This document shows, one piece after another, positions 45,001-52,019 of a stretch of DNA of 64,000 bases. The notes beneath the pieces were generated by a model that saw nothing but the letters and a program-made list of their open reading frames with translations, was not told where the DNA came from and made no database searches. Position numbers and translations under genes: made by a program. Position 1 is the first letter of the stretch. Each line of letters opens with the position of its first letter. Origin of the DNA: a virus (taxonomy: Duplodnaviria > Heunggongvirae > Uroviricota > Caudoviricetes); the IMG/VR virus record IMGVR_UViG_3300042940_001755; one strand, 5' to 3'.

Positions 45001-45345
45001 TTAAAGAGCTTTGCAACGCTCTACTAGAGCGAAGACATGAGGAACTACTAAGATGGGACGCTCTCTAGGCGTCACAGATATTGCACGATACATGCAATCG
45101 TCTAACACCACATCTCTCTCAACCAAGATAATGGTAGCGAGTGTGAGCTTTTGAGTGTCTGCGTAGTACTCCTTAGTCTTAGGGTCCCAAGACAAACAGT
45201 CCACTTGCAACGTTCCAGAGATTCTTGCTGCAGCTAAAGCCTTCTCTGTAGACTCTACTAATTCCGCTACAGTCTTGTTGTATTGTCGGGAGCACAGACC
45301 GACAACTAGAACGAACAAACCACCTACCAATAATAAAGCTGGCAT
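45001..45345 (-). CDS. Membrane-anchored protein (N-terminal TM), possibly i-spanin-like
   Basis: N-terminal LLLVGGLFVLVVGL; position next to the endolysin. Confidence 0.3.
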   Translation of the reverse strand: MPALLLVGGLFVLVVGLCSRQYNKTVAELVESTEKALAAARISGTLQVDCLSWDPKTKEYYADTQKLTLATIILVERDVVLDDCMYRAISVTPRERPILVVPHVFALVERCKAL

Positions 45346-45450
45346 ATTAACCTCCCGTCATGATTGCATAAAGGACTGCGATAAAGTACGCAAATTTCAC
45401 AGGTGCCAAAGCTGCGATAAACGCGATTAATAACATCACATGAATTAGTT

Positions 45451-45717
45451 TCATTTGTTGAACCATTTCACCAAGCTGTAAACTGTCAAGCCTACAGCGG
45501 CGCCTAAGATAATTGGATTAACCGTTACAACTGCTGCTGCTGCTGAACGGGCCACGAATGGTAATACAACTTCCATACCAAGTGCTGTCACTGCCACTTG
45601 GGTTTCTACTGCAGCCAAACCTACGCTGACGACCATTGGCGCCATTTGTGTTGCCACTGCTGTTCCTGCTGCTGCTCCGAATGCTACTGCTGCTGTGTCT
45701 TGTGTTACTACTTTCAT
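45451..45717 (-). CDS. Small Ala/Val-rich membrane protein, family A copy 1 (88 aa)
   Basis: ~85% identical to 48677..48943; 2-3 predicted TM helices. Confidence 0.55.
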   Translation of the reverse strand: MKVVTQDTAAVAFGAAAGTAVATQMAPMVVSVGLAAVETQVAVTALGMEVVLPFVARSAAAAVVTVNPIILGAAVGLTVYSLVKWFNK

Positions 45718-45733
45718 GATAATACTCCTAAAT

Positions 45734-45810
45734 TGTGTTTAAAGTAGAGAGACGGAATTGTCTCTCTACCTGAATAGACTGTGGTCTGGTAAAACGGGAT
45801 ATCCGCTGCC
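45734..45810. repeat. Post-stop hairpin-pair element copy a (AGAGAGACGGAATTGTCTCTCT plus ACGGGATATCCG)
   Basis: Perfect 8-bp inverted repeat around GGAATT plus a GGATATCC palindrome; four copies in 45.7-48.7 kb, each starting at a stop codon. Confidence 0.7.
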
Positions 45811-45814
45811 TCAG

Positions 45815-46051
45815 TTATACGTTGATGTACAGTTGAGCGTAGCCGCCCAATTCTCTTTCTTCCACGCCAACGATGTAGACAGAGTCTTCTCTGCCTTCAA
45901 CGATGCGACCGAGGGCTTCACAGCCTCCGGCAAGGTACGCAATGCCATTGTACACGTGTCCTCTTACTGCCTCATTTTCGAACACTACTGCTCCGGCTTT
46001 CGTAGTGTATGTTACGTCGAAAGTGGTACCAAATAATTTAATTGTGCTCAT
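45815..46051 (-). CDS. hypothetical protein (start MSTIKLF, 78 aa)
   Basis: AGGAGA RBS before the internal ATG. Confidence 0.45.
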   Translation of the reverse strand: MSTIKLFGTTFDVTYTTKAGAVVFENEAVRGHVYNGIAYLAGGCEALGRIVEGREDSVYIVGVEERELGGYAQLYINV

Positions 46052-46231
46052 TGCGGCTCTCCTAGTTTGATGATAAAAGTGTTCTGAAGAAGTTGTCTTC
46101 TTCACGAGCTGATTTGCGCTCTTGCGCGATTTGTTTCAATGCCATCTCGATTGTGGCATTTAAACGTTCTTCAAGACTTCTAGTGTCTTCTACTAATGGT
46201 AATTCTGTGTTCATGATAATACTCCTAAAGG

Positions 46232-46298
46232 GGATAAGGCAGAGAGACGGAATTGTCTCTCTGCAGCGGTCTGATGAAACGGGATATCCGTTACCGCA
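46232..46298. repeat. Post-stop hairpin-pair element copy b
   Basis: Same two palindromes. Confidence 0.7.
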
Positions 46299-46725
46299 TT
46301 GATACTACATAACCGCGCATTGAGCCTGTAACTGATGCACCGATTGCATCCGCTACAGCTGTTTGGCGAGCCATTGATTCTCCAGCTAGCAACTGAAGAT
46401 TTACTTCTGATACACGAATGCGAACAAATCCGTTGTTCATTAGACCTGTTTCACGGAAAGTGTTGTAGCCGTCTCTTTCAAGCTCAACACCCATTGAGAT
46501 CAACTTAAGGATGATGCGTTGCGCATCACGATTGAAGATACCTCCGACTACTTCGTCGAGACCTTCTTGATACATGTCCATGTCGATGCATACTCCTGGG
46601 TTGTTTGCGATTACTTCGCGGATGGCTGCAAACTCACCACGCATTTCAATACGGGTGCCATTGTCTTCGAAACGGATACGAACGTTGTTTGCTGTAGTTG
46701 CTGCTGTTGTGTTCAATAAGTTCAT
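46291..46725 (-). CDS. hypothetical protein (start MNLLNTTAATT, 144 aa)
   Basis: Conserved initiation context GGAGTATTACCATG shared by the module genes. Confidence 0.45.
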   Translation of the reverse strand: MNLLNTTAATTANNVRIRFEDNGTRIEMRGEFAAIREVIANNPGVCIDMDMYQEGLDEVVGGIFNRDAQRIILKLISMGVELERDGYNTFRETGLMNNGFVRIRVSEVNLQLLAGESMARQTAVADAIGASVTGSMRGYVVSMR

Positions 46726-46801
46726 GGTAATACTCCAAATAAGATAAAATAATTGTGACCGGAATTGGTCTTGAAGGAACATCTTATGATGCAGGTGCCG
46801 C

Positions 46802-47077
46802 TTACGCAGCAGCTTTAAAGAATTTGACGACAGAGTACCCAATATCAGCATCACCTGTCAACTCCATTCCACCGAACTGCTCTGCCAAATACGCAGCGCG
46901 GTCAGCGTCATAGCTGAGGACGCTTAATTGCACTTCTGTGATGCCGACACTGATACGACCCATTTCATCACGGCGACTGTCATCGTAGTTGAAGCGGTCA
47001 TAAGCCACTTCGTTAAAGACCATACCTAATTTCAACGCTGCTGCTACTACTTCTTTTGCCAATACTAATGTGCTCAT
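46802..47077 (-). CDS. hypothetical protein (start MSTLVLAKE, 91 aa)
   Basis: RBS GGAGATTCAAAATG; class B motif ~70 nt upstream. Confidence 0.45.
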   Translation of the reverse strand: MSTLVLAKEVVAAALKLGMVFNEVAYDRFNYDDSRRDEMGRISVGITEVQLSVLSYDADRAAYLAEQFGGMELTGDADIGYSVVKFFKAAA

Positions 47078-47136
47078 TTTGAATCTCCGAATAAAATAAT
47101 TGTGACCGAATTGGTCATGAAAGGATACCTTTATCT

Positions 47137-47163
47137 CTTTCATATAAGATACTGCTTTCCGCG
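47137..47163 (-). promoter_or_regulatory. Class B T7-promoter-like motif copy
   Basis: Sense CGCGGAAAGCAGTATCTTATATGAAAGAGATAAAG. Confidence 0.5.
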
Positions 47164-47173
47164 TATTTGCTGC

Positions 47174-47461
47174 TTACACTCGTGACACTGAAGAGAAAAT
47201 AGCGATGATCAACCCACACATCAACATCCACCCAACGAGATAGATTGCCATCAACACTTTGAAAGAAAGAATCGCGACTGGAAGGAATGCTGCTCCGCAG
47301 TACGCTTCTGCAATAACGCCAATAATTGAAGCAGACACTGCTGCATCAGCTGTTACTTCAACTAATTCTGCTGCTGCTGTTTTAACTTCTAATACGCTTT
47401 TTACTGCTTTGATTGCTAATGAAACTGCAACTGCTGTGCCTAAGATTGCTAATGGTAACAT
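47174..47461 (-). CDS. Small hydrophobic membrane protein, family B copy 1 (95 aa)
   Basis: Paralog of 48271..48561; multiple TM segments. Confidence 0.55.
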   Translation of the reverse strand: MLPLAILGTAVAVSLAIKAVKSVLEVKTAAAELVEVTADAAVSASIIGVIAEAYCGAAFLPVAILSFKVLMAIYLVGWMLMCGLIIAIFSSVSRV

Positions 47462-47476
47462 GATAATACTCCTGAA

Positions 47477-47552
47477 TTGTGTTTAAAGTAGAGAGACGGA
47501 ATTGTCTCTCTACCTGAATGACCAGATTGTGGCGCAGGATATCTGCTGCTGG
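47477..47552. repeat. Post-stop hairpin-pair element copy c (variant second hairpin GCAGGATATCTGC)
   Basis: Same first palindrome. Confidence 0.7.
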
Positions 47553-48023
47553 TTAGTTGATTAATTTTGCAAGCTTGTGAACGCGTATCTCGGTCATGCA
47601 CCAGACCCACATACGACGAAGTAGACTTTTTTCCGTAGTCTTAAACGTTTGATACGCTTTCTTCAAGAAATCAATACCAGCTTCTGGAGACGCACCTAAA
47701 GACATCGCAACCGCGTCAGCAGCTGGTTCATCTCGTTCTGAAATCAGACGATACCCTTCAGCGATGTGTCCGCTCAAGATATGCCCAATTTCATGCAACA
47801 CAACAAAGTTAACTTCATCGGTTGGTGCAGTTGTTACAAGTGAAATACCAAGTACTGCCACAGCTCTTTCTGTAACTACAGACGCGTTGCCTACTTCTGG
47901 TAACATTGCCCGTATTGCAGCACCACCACCAGCAACCACATCCAACTCATGGTTGGCTTCGTGATTGATCCATACTTCTACACCGTGTATCTCTGCTTGA
48001 AATACTAAATTGCCCAAGTCCAT
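47553..48023 (-). CDS. Putative Zn-metallopeptidase (HExxH, ImmA/IrrE-like)
   Basis: VVLHEIGHILSGH contains HExxH plus a downstream H; 156 aa. Confidence 0.45.
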   Translation of the reverse strand: MDLGNLVFQAEIHGVEVWINHEANHELDVVAGGGAAIRAMLPEVGNASVVTERAVAVLGISLVTTAPTDEVNFVVLHEIGHILSGHIAEGYRLISERDEPAADAVAMSLGASPEAGIDFLKKAYQTFKTTEKSLLRRMWVWCMTEIRVHKLAKLIN

Positions 48024-48049
48024 CGTAATTCTCCAAAATGTTTAATTGA

Positions 48050-48247
48050 TTAGTTGGCAGCCCTGGCTGCCATTCTTGCACGCATTGCTGCCATTTGTGC
48101 TTCACGTGCAGCTGCTTTCGCTGCATATTCAGCTTGGAATGCTTCGTGCTCTTTGTCGAGCGCATCCGCCGTTTCAAACAATTCAATGCTGAAGTCAAGA
48201 CCGGTGTTTGCTCTTAATGTTTGTAACATGTCTACTGTAGTGTTCAT
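48050..48247 (-). CDS. hypothetical protein (start MNTTVDMLQ), Ala/Arg-rich C-terminus
   Basis: AGGAG RBS before the internal ATG at 48247. Confidence 0.4.
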   Translation of the reverse strand: MNTTVDMLQTLRANTGLDFSIELFETADALDKEHEAFQAEYAAKAAAREAQMAAMRARMAARAAN

Positions 48248-48270
48248 TGTAATGCTCCTGGTAAATTGAA

Positions 48271-48561
48271 TTAAATACGTGATGATGATGCTGAAAGAAC
48301 AAAGAGAATAAATCCGCACATTAGCACCCACCCCACAAGGTACATTGCCATGAAGATTTTGAAAGAAAGAATTGCAGTTGGTAAGAATGCTGCTCCAAAG
48401 AAAGCTTCAGAAACCATACCAACGATTACTGAAGATACTACTGCATCAGCTGTTACTTCAACTAATTCTGCTGCTGCTGTTTTAACTTCTAATACGCTTT
48501 TTACTGCTTTGATTGCTAATGAAACTGCAACTGCTGTGCCTAAGATTGCTAATGGTAACAT
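48271..48561 (-). CDS. Small hydrophobic membrane protein, family B copy 2 (96 aa)
   Basis: Paralog of 47174..47461. Confidence 0.55.
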   Translation of the reverse strand: MLPLAILGTAVAVSLAIKAVKSVLEVKTAAAELVEVTADAVVSSVIVGMVSEAFFGAAFLPTAILSFKIFMAMYLVGWVLMCGFILFVLSASSSRI

Positions 48562-48573
48562 GGTAATACTCCG

Positions 48574-48597
48574 AATAATAATAATAATAATAATAAA
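48574..48597. repeat. (AAT)8 microsatellite in the 5' leader of 48271..48561
   Basis: Read directly; absent from the paralogous leader at 47461-47480. Confidence 0.9.
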
Positions 48598-48677
48598 ATG
48601 TGTAAAGTAGAGAAACGGAATTGTTTCTCTACCTGAATGGACTGCGGTCTGATGAAACGGGATATCCGTTACCGCAT
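48598..48677. repeat. Post-stop hairpin-pair element copy d (AGAGAAACGGAATTGTTTCTCT variant)
   Basis: Compensatory changes keep the stem paired. Confidence 0.7.
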
Positions 48678-48943
48678 TATCTGTTGAACCATTTCACCAA
48701 GCTGTAAACTGTCAAACCGACAGCTGCACCGAGAATGATTGGGTTAACTGTTACAACTGCCGCAGCTGCTGAACGTGCTACAAATGGTAATACAACTTCC
48801 ATACCAAGTGCTGTTACTGCGATTTGTGATTCTACCGCTGCAAGACCAACGCTCAAAACTACTGGCGCCATTTGTGTTGCCACTGCTGTTCCTGCTACTG
48901 TTCCTGCTGCTGCTGCTGTTACTTCTTGTGTTAATGCTTTCAT
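48677..48943 (-). CDS. Small Ala/Val-rich membrane protein, family A copy 2 (88 aa)
   Basis: Paralog of 45451..45717. Confidence 0.55.
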   Translation of the reverse strand: MKALTQEVTAAAAGTVAGTAVATQMAPVVLSVGLAAVESQIAVTALGMEVVLPFVARSAAAAVVTVNPIILGAAVGLTVYSLVKWFNR

Positions 48944-49004
48944 GGTAATACTCCGAATAATTTAATTGTGACCGGAATTGGTCGTTGAAGGGATATCTTT
49001 ATCT

Positions 49005-49033
49005 CTTTCATATAAGATATCCCCTTTTGCGCG
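49005..49033 (-). promoter_or_regulatory. Class B T7-promoter-like motif copy
   Basis: Sense CGCGCAAAAGGGGATATCTTATATGAAAGAGATAAAG. Confidence 0.5.
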
Positions 49034-49034
49034 T

Positions 49035-49253
49035 TTACATGTCTACCAATTTAGACTGAAACTTGTCCTTCAGCACACAATGCACGCACACATGTACATG
49101 CTTGTTTGTTGCGCTGGAGAAATGGTAAAACGAATCGTAACGCTCTACTCCACCACATTCATCACAATACCCGTGATTGCGATCTGGAGTGGTGATGACA
49201 ACTTCTTCTTTAGATTTTACTGATGACATGGTAATACTCCCAAATGGATTCAA
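49035..49253 (-). CDS. hypothetical zinc-ribbon protein (CDECG .. CVHC)
   Basis: Two CxxC pairs. Confidence 0.4.
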   Translation of the reverse strand: MNPFGSITMSSVKSKEEVVITTPDRNHGYCDECGGVERYDSFYHFSSATNKHVHVCVHCVLKDKFQSKLVDM

Positions 49254-49626
49254 TTAATTGCGTGCCCGTGGACCAACTGCGAAGTAGAGCTTGTCACGCA
49301 AGCGCCATTTCTTCGTGGCAATGAGACCTTCGTGGAACTCGTGATACAAGATCACCGCTGCATACGCTACCGTTGCAAGCAGCGTTGTCCAAATACATGC
49401 CAACCCATACGTGCTCATACGCTCATCCCTGCTAAGATTTTCTCTACCCGTTCTGCCAAAGAATTGAAATGGTCTTCGCTGTCGCCACTCAATTCTTTAA
49501 AGGCAACCCCTGCTGCTGTTAAAATCTCTGTCAAATCTTCTACATCTTGAACTTCCAATACTGCACATAGTTTTAAACTAATCATAACGCCCTCGCTAAA
49601 GTTAGGAGCAGAACCATTTCTACTCC

Positions 49627-49654
49627 TTTCATATAAGATACTGCTTTCTGCGCA
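49627..49654 (-). promoter_or_regulatory. Class B T7-promoter-like motif copy, abutting a GAAAGGAG RBS
   Basis: Sense GCGCAGAAAGCAGTATCTTATATGAAAGGAGTAGAAATG; it precedes two small untracked ORFs (11 aa, then ~56 aa at about 49415..49585). Confidence 0.5.
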
Positions 49655-49655
49655 T

Positions 49656-49928
49656 TTACACTCTTATGGAACGCACCCAACTGTTGTACTCTTCTGAACC
49701 GACAATGCCGAAGGCCTTCTCAGCTGGTGTTAACACTTTGCACCCAGCCTTCTGCCACACTGCTTTCACTTTGTTGTCTGTTGTCGGCAAGCAAGCTGCT
49801 TGTGGCTCCCCATTCTTATTCACAATATACAGAATTGCGAATTGTGATTGCCAATAACGGCTGGACAGTTCTTTTGGGGTTGCAAAGGTTGGCATCCCAG
49901 GCAATACTTCGTAAGTCTCAAATAACAT
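49656..49928 (-). CDS. hypothetical protein (90 aa)
   Basis: Co-oriented ORF. Confidence 0.4.
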   Translation of the reverse strand: MLFETYEVLPGMPTFATPKELSSRYWQSQFAILYIVNKNGEPQAACLPTTDNKVKAVWQKAGCKVLTPAEKAFGIVGSEEYNSWVRSIRV

Positions 49929-49987
49929 AATATTTACTCCACTAGATTGATAAAAGGCGCAGAACCATTCCTACGCCTGCCACTACA

Positions 49988-50485
49988 TCACAACTTAATC
50001 GCTTTGATTATTTCATTATCCGTGAGTCTACTGAGATACTTTACATCGAGACCTATAACAGTTAACTCCGCATGCACTTCAATTAGTTTAGCCCGTTCCC
50101 ACTTATGCAAAGCCTCAATAGGTGCAACTTTCAACAGTCTACCGAGAGCAAGCTTGGTGTACAGTTCCCCTCTCCTTTTTGCCTCTGCTTTTGACATACG
50201 CTTTAGCGCGGCCAGATTAGCAACTATGAAGTTAACATGGATCACTGATTTGACCCTCTCCGTCTGGAACTCAAGACTGACGGAGTTTGCGGCTTCCTCG
50301 TAAGTCCTGTATAGCTTCCCGGCTGCCAGGAATAGAGGTGTTTTAGTTGTCACCTCCATGCAGTGCTTGACTACAGCGCCAGGACCGATGTCTACTATGG
50401 GCGTAGTGGTGCAGCTGAGGTTCAGCGCACTATTGAATTCCTCTACAGAACCCTCCCATTCTTTTAGTTCGATAAAATTGTTCAT
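49988..50485 (-). CDS. hypothetical protein (start MNNFIELKEW)
   Basis: The class B motif overlaps the ORF-track N-terminus; GGAGAACTATTATG. Confidence 0.45.
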   Translation of the reverse strand: MNNFIELKEWEGSVEEFNSALNLSCTTTPIVDIGPGAVVKHCMEVTTKTPLFLAAGKLYRTYEEAANSVSLEFQTERVKSVIHVNFIVANLAALKRMSKAEAKRRGELYTKLALGRLLKVAPIEALHKWERAKLIEVHAELTVIGLDVKYLSRLTDNEIIKAIKL

Positions 50486-50524
50486 AATAGTTCTCCTAAA
50501 TGACTGAATAACGGGATTGTTATC

Positions 50525-50554
50525 CATATCATATAAGATACCTAAAAATGCGCG
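50525..50554 (-). promoter_or_regulatory. Class B T7-promoter-like motif copy
   Basis: Sense CGCGCATTTTTAGGTATCTTATATGATATGG. Confidence 0.45.
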
Positions 50555-50730
50555 AGTACAAAGTCTCGATTATTCAGTCCTATGAATCTCCACCTAGCTA
50601 TCTTCGCCGAGAAGTCAACTGCTTCGCCATTATCGTCTATTAGCACCAGCTCATCTAGCTTAACTTCATTGAGGCTTCTCAGGAACTCTGCCGCCGCCTT
50701 TACTTCGCTTATCTTGAATTCTTTATTCAT
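50542..50730 (-). CDS. hypothetical protein (start MNKEFKISEV, 62 aa)
   Basis: The longer track ORF N-terminus is a translation of GC island 4. Confidence 0.35.
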   Translation of the reverse strand: MNKEFKISEVKAAAEFLRSLNEVKLDELVLIDDNGEAVDFSAKIARWRFIGLNNRDFVLAHF

Positions 50731-50744
50731 AATTGCCTTACTCG

Positions 50745-50885
50745 TTGTTGTGAATTTTGGCGACACGCGCCCAGTCTGCCCACCACGCTGCCCCGTGACT
50801 CTCACCCGCGCCGCCGAAAAACGCGCCACACGCGCCCACAGCGGCTGCAGAACTAGTACACTCGCGTGGCTAGTCAGGAATGCCG
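50745..50885. repeat. GC-rich island 4
   Basis: Contains cccgcgccgccgaaaaacgcgccacacgcgcc; same family. Confidence 0.6.
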
Positions 50886-51127
50886 TCACCGTTACTATCC
50901 TTAGTAGCGACTAAGCCGCCGCATAGCAATACAATAACAATATTCTTAATCGCATCATATTGCTCCGGAGTCAACTCCACAAGATGGAAAGATGTTAATA
51001 AGGTCAACGTTGCAGGGAGCAATCCCATCCACGTTGACGGTTCTTTTAGTCTGTTTTTAAGATACTTCATGCACTTCTCCTGTAGTGTGTCGTAACAGCC
51101 ACCATCGTTCCTCCTCTGTCGAACCAA
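50870..51127 (-). CDS. Small membrane protein (2 TM), holin-like candidate
   Basis: GLLPATLTLLTSF and IVIVLLCGGLVA hydrophobic segments. Confidence 0.35.
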   Translation of the reverse strand: MVRQRRNDGGCYDTLQEKCMKYLKNRLKEPSTWMGLLPATLTLLTSFHLVELTPEQYDAIKNIVIVLLCGGLVATKDSNGDGIPD

Positions 51128-51549
51128 TCGTACTCCCCTAAGATTCTATTGAATACTGCGCGAGTGCTGAGAACACTATTTGCAGTGACTACTTCGTATT
51201 TCAAAGCCTCTGCGTAGTCTAGCACAAGATACTGCGCTTCTACTAGTGCCTTCACTGCCTTTCTACCGCGCAACGACGTATGGTATCCTGCCAGTGTGAG
51301 TGTCTTTCTACGGCTATATAGAGGACACCCGCCTTCCACCGCCGATAACCACCCTACTAGATCTTTACCGTCGTACTGCACCCTGAAAAGCCCTCTGCGA
51401 GATAGACCCATAAGACTCTGTAGCGAGTAGCTTTCATCTATTGGAAACTCAGGAATTTGATCTTTCTTGTATTGCGCGATAGAGATGGTCAGACAGCGGC
51501 GAAGCTCGCTAAGATTACTAAGCCGCTTAAACTCCATAATCAGCACCAA
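51067..51549 (-). CDS. hypothetical protein (160 aa)
   Basis: Co-oriented ORF. Confidence 0.45.
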   Translation of the reverse strand: MVLIMEFKRLSNLSELRRCLTISIAQYKKDQIPEFPIDESYSLQSLMGLSRRGLFRVQYDGKDLVGWLSAVEGGCPLYSRRKTLTLAGYHTSLRGRKAVKALVEAQYLVLDYAEALKYEVVTANSVLSTRAVFNRILGEYDWFDRGGTMVAVTTHYRRSA

Positions 51550-52019
51550 TTAAGGATTTCAGAAGCGCGTTCTGCTGTTAACAAATTTAGCTCTACTAAA
51601 CGGGCTACGCCGTCATTGAGAGTCTGGTCAATCTTGATCACCTTGGCTAAACGTGCATCATCAAGAATTCTAAGGAAGTCCACAACATACGCGTCAGTGC
51701 TGGCGTAAATCGCGACACGCTCGTCTGTGGTGAACCGCAGCTTGAATGCCACAGGATTTAAGGGAGAAGCCAAGGCGGTGGCAATTGCAATATCTTGAGA
51801 CGAAACAGGCGCTCCTGCCATGACAGGAGGTGGCGCTAGCATGTCCACCACCTCCTGATCTGTTTTACCAATATAGATGTCGGCCAATACACCGTTGATG
51901 ATGCGGTAGCGCTCAACAATAAGACTGTCGTTTACGCCTAATTCAAAGATGGGGAATAAGATACCATCAGCAGACGCCGATAAGTAGCCTTTATCTGGTT
52001 GTGGAAAATAAATAAACAT
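51540..52019 (-). CDS. hypothetical protein (159 aa)
   Basis: Co-oriented ORF. Confidence 0.45.
   Translation of the reverse strand: MFIYFPQPDKGYLSASADGILFPIFELGVNDSLIVERYRIINGVLADIYIGKTDQEVVDMLAPPPVMAGAPVSSQDIAIATALASPLNPVAFKLRFTTDERVAIYASTDAYVVDFLRILDDARLAKVIKIDQTLNDGVARLVELNLLTAERASEILNWC

Noticed and set aside
45734-48677. - Considered whether the four repeated hairpin-pair elements form a CRISPR array.
   Set aside because: - Spacing is irregular, at 0.5-1.3 kb.
- The intervening sequences are protein-coding genes.
- The repeats are not identical, and no cas genes are present.
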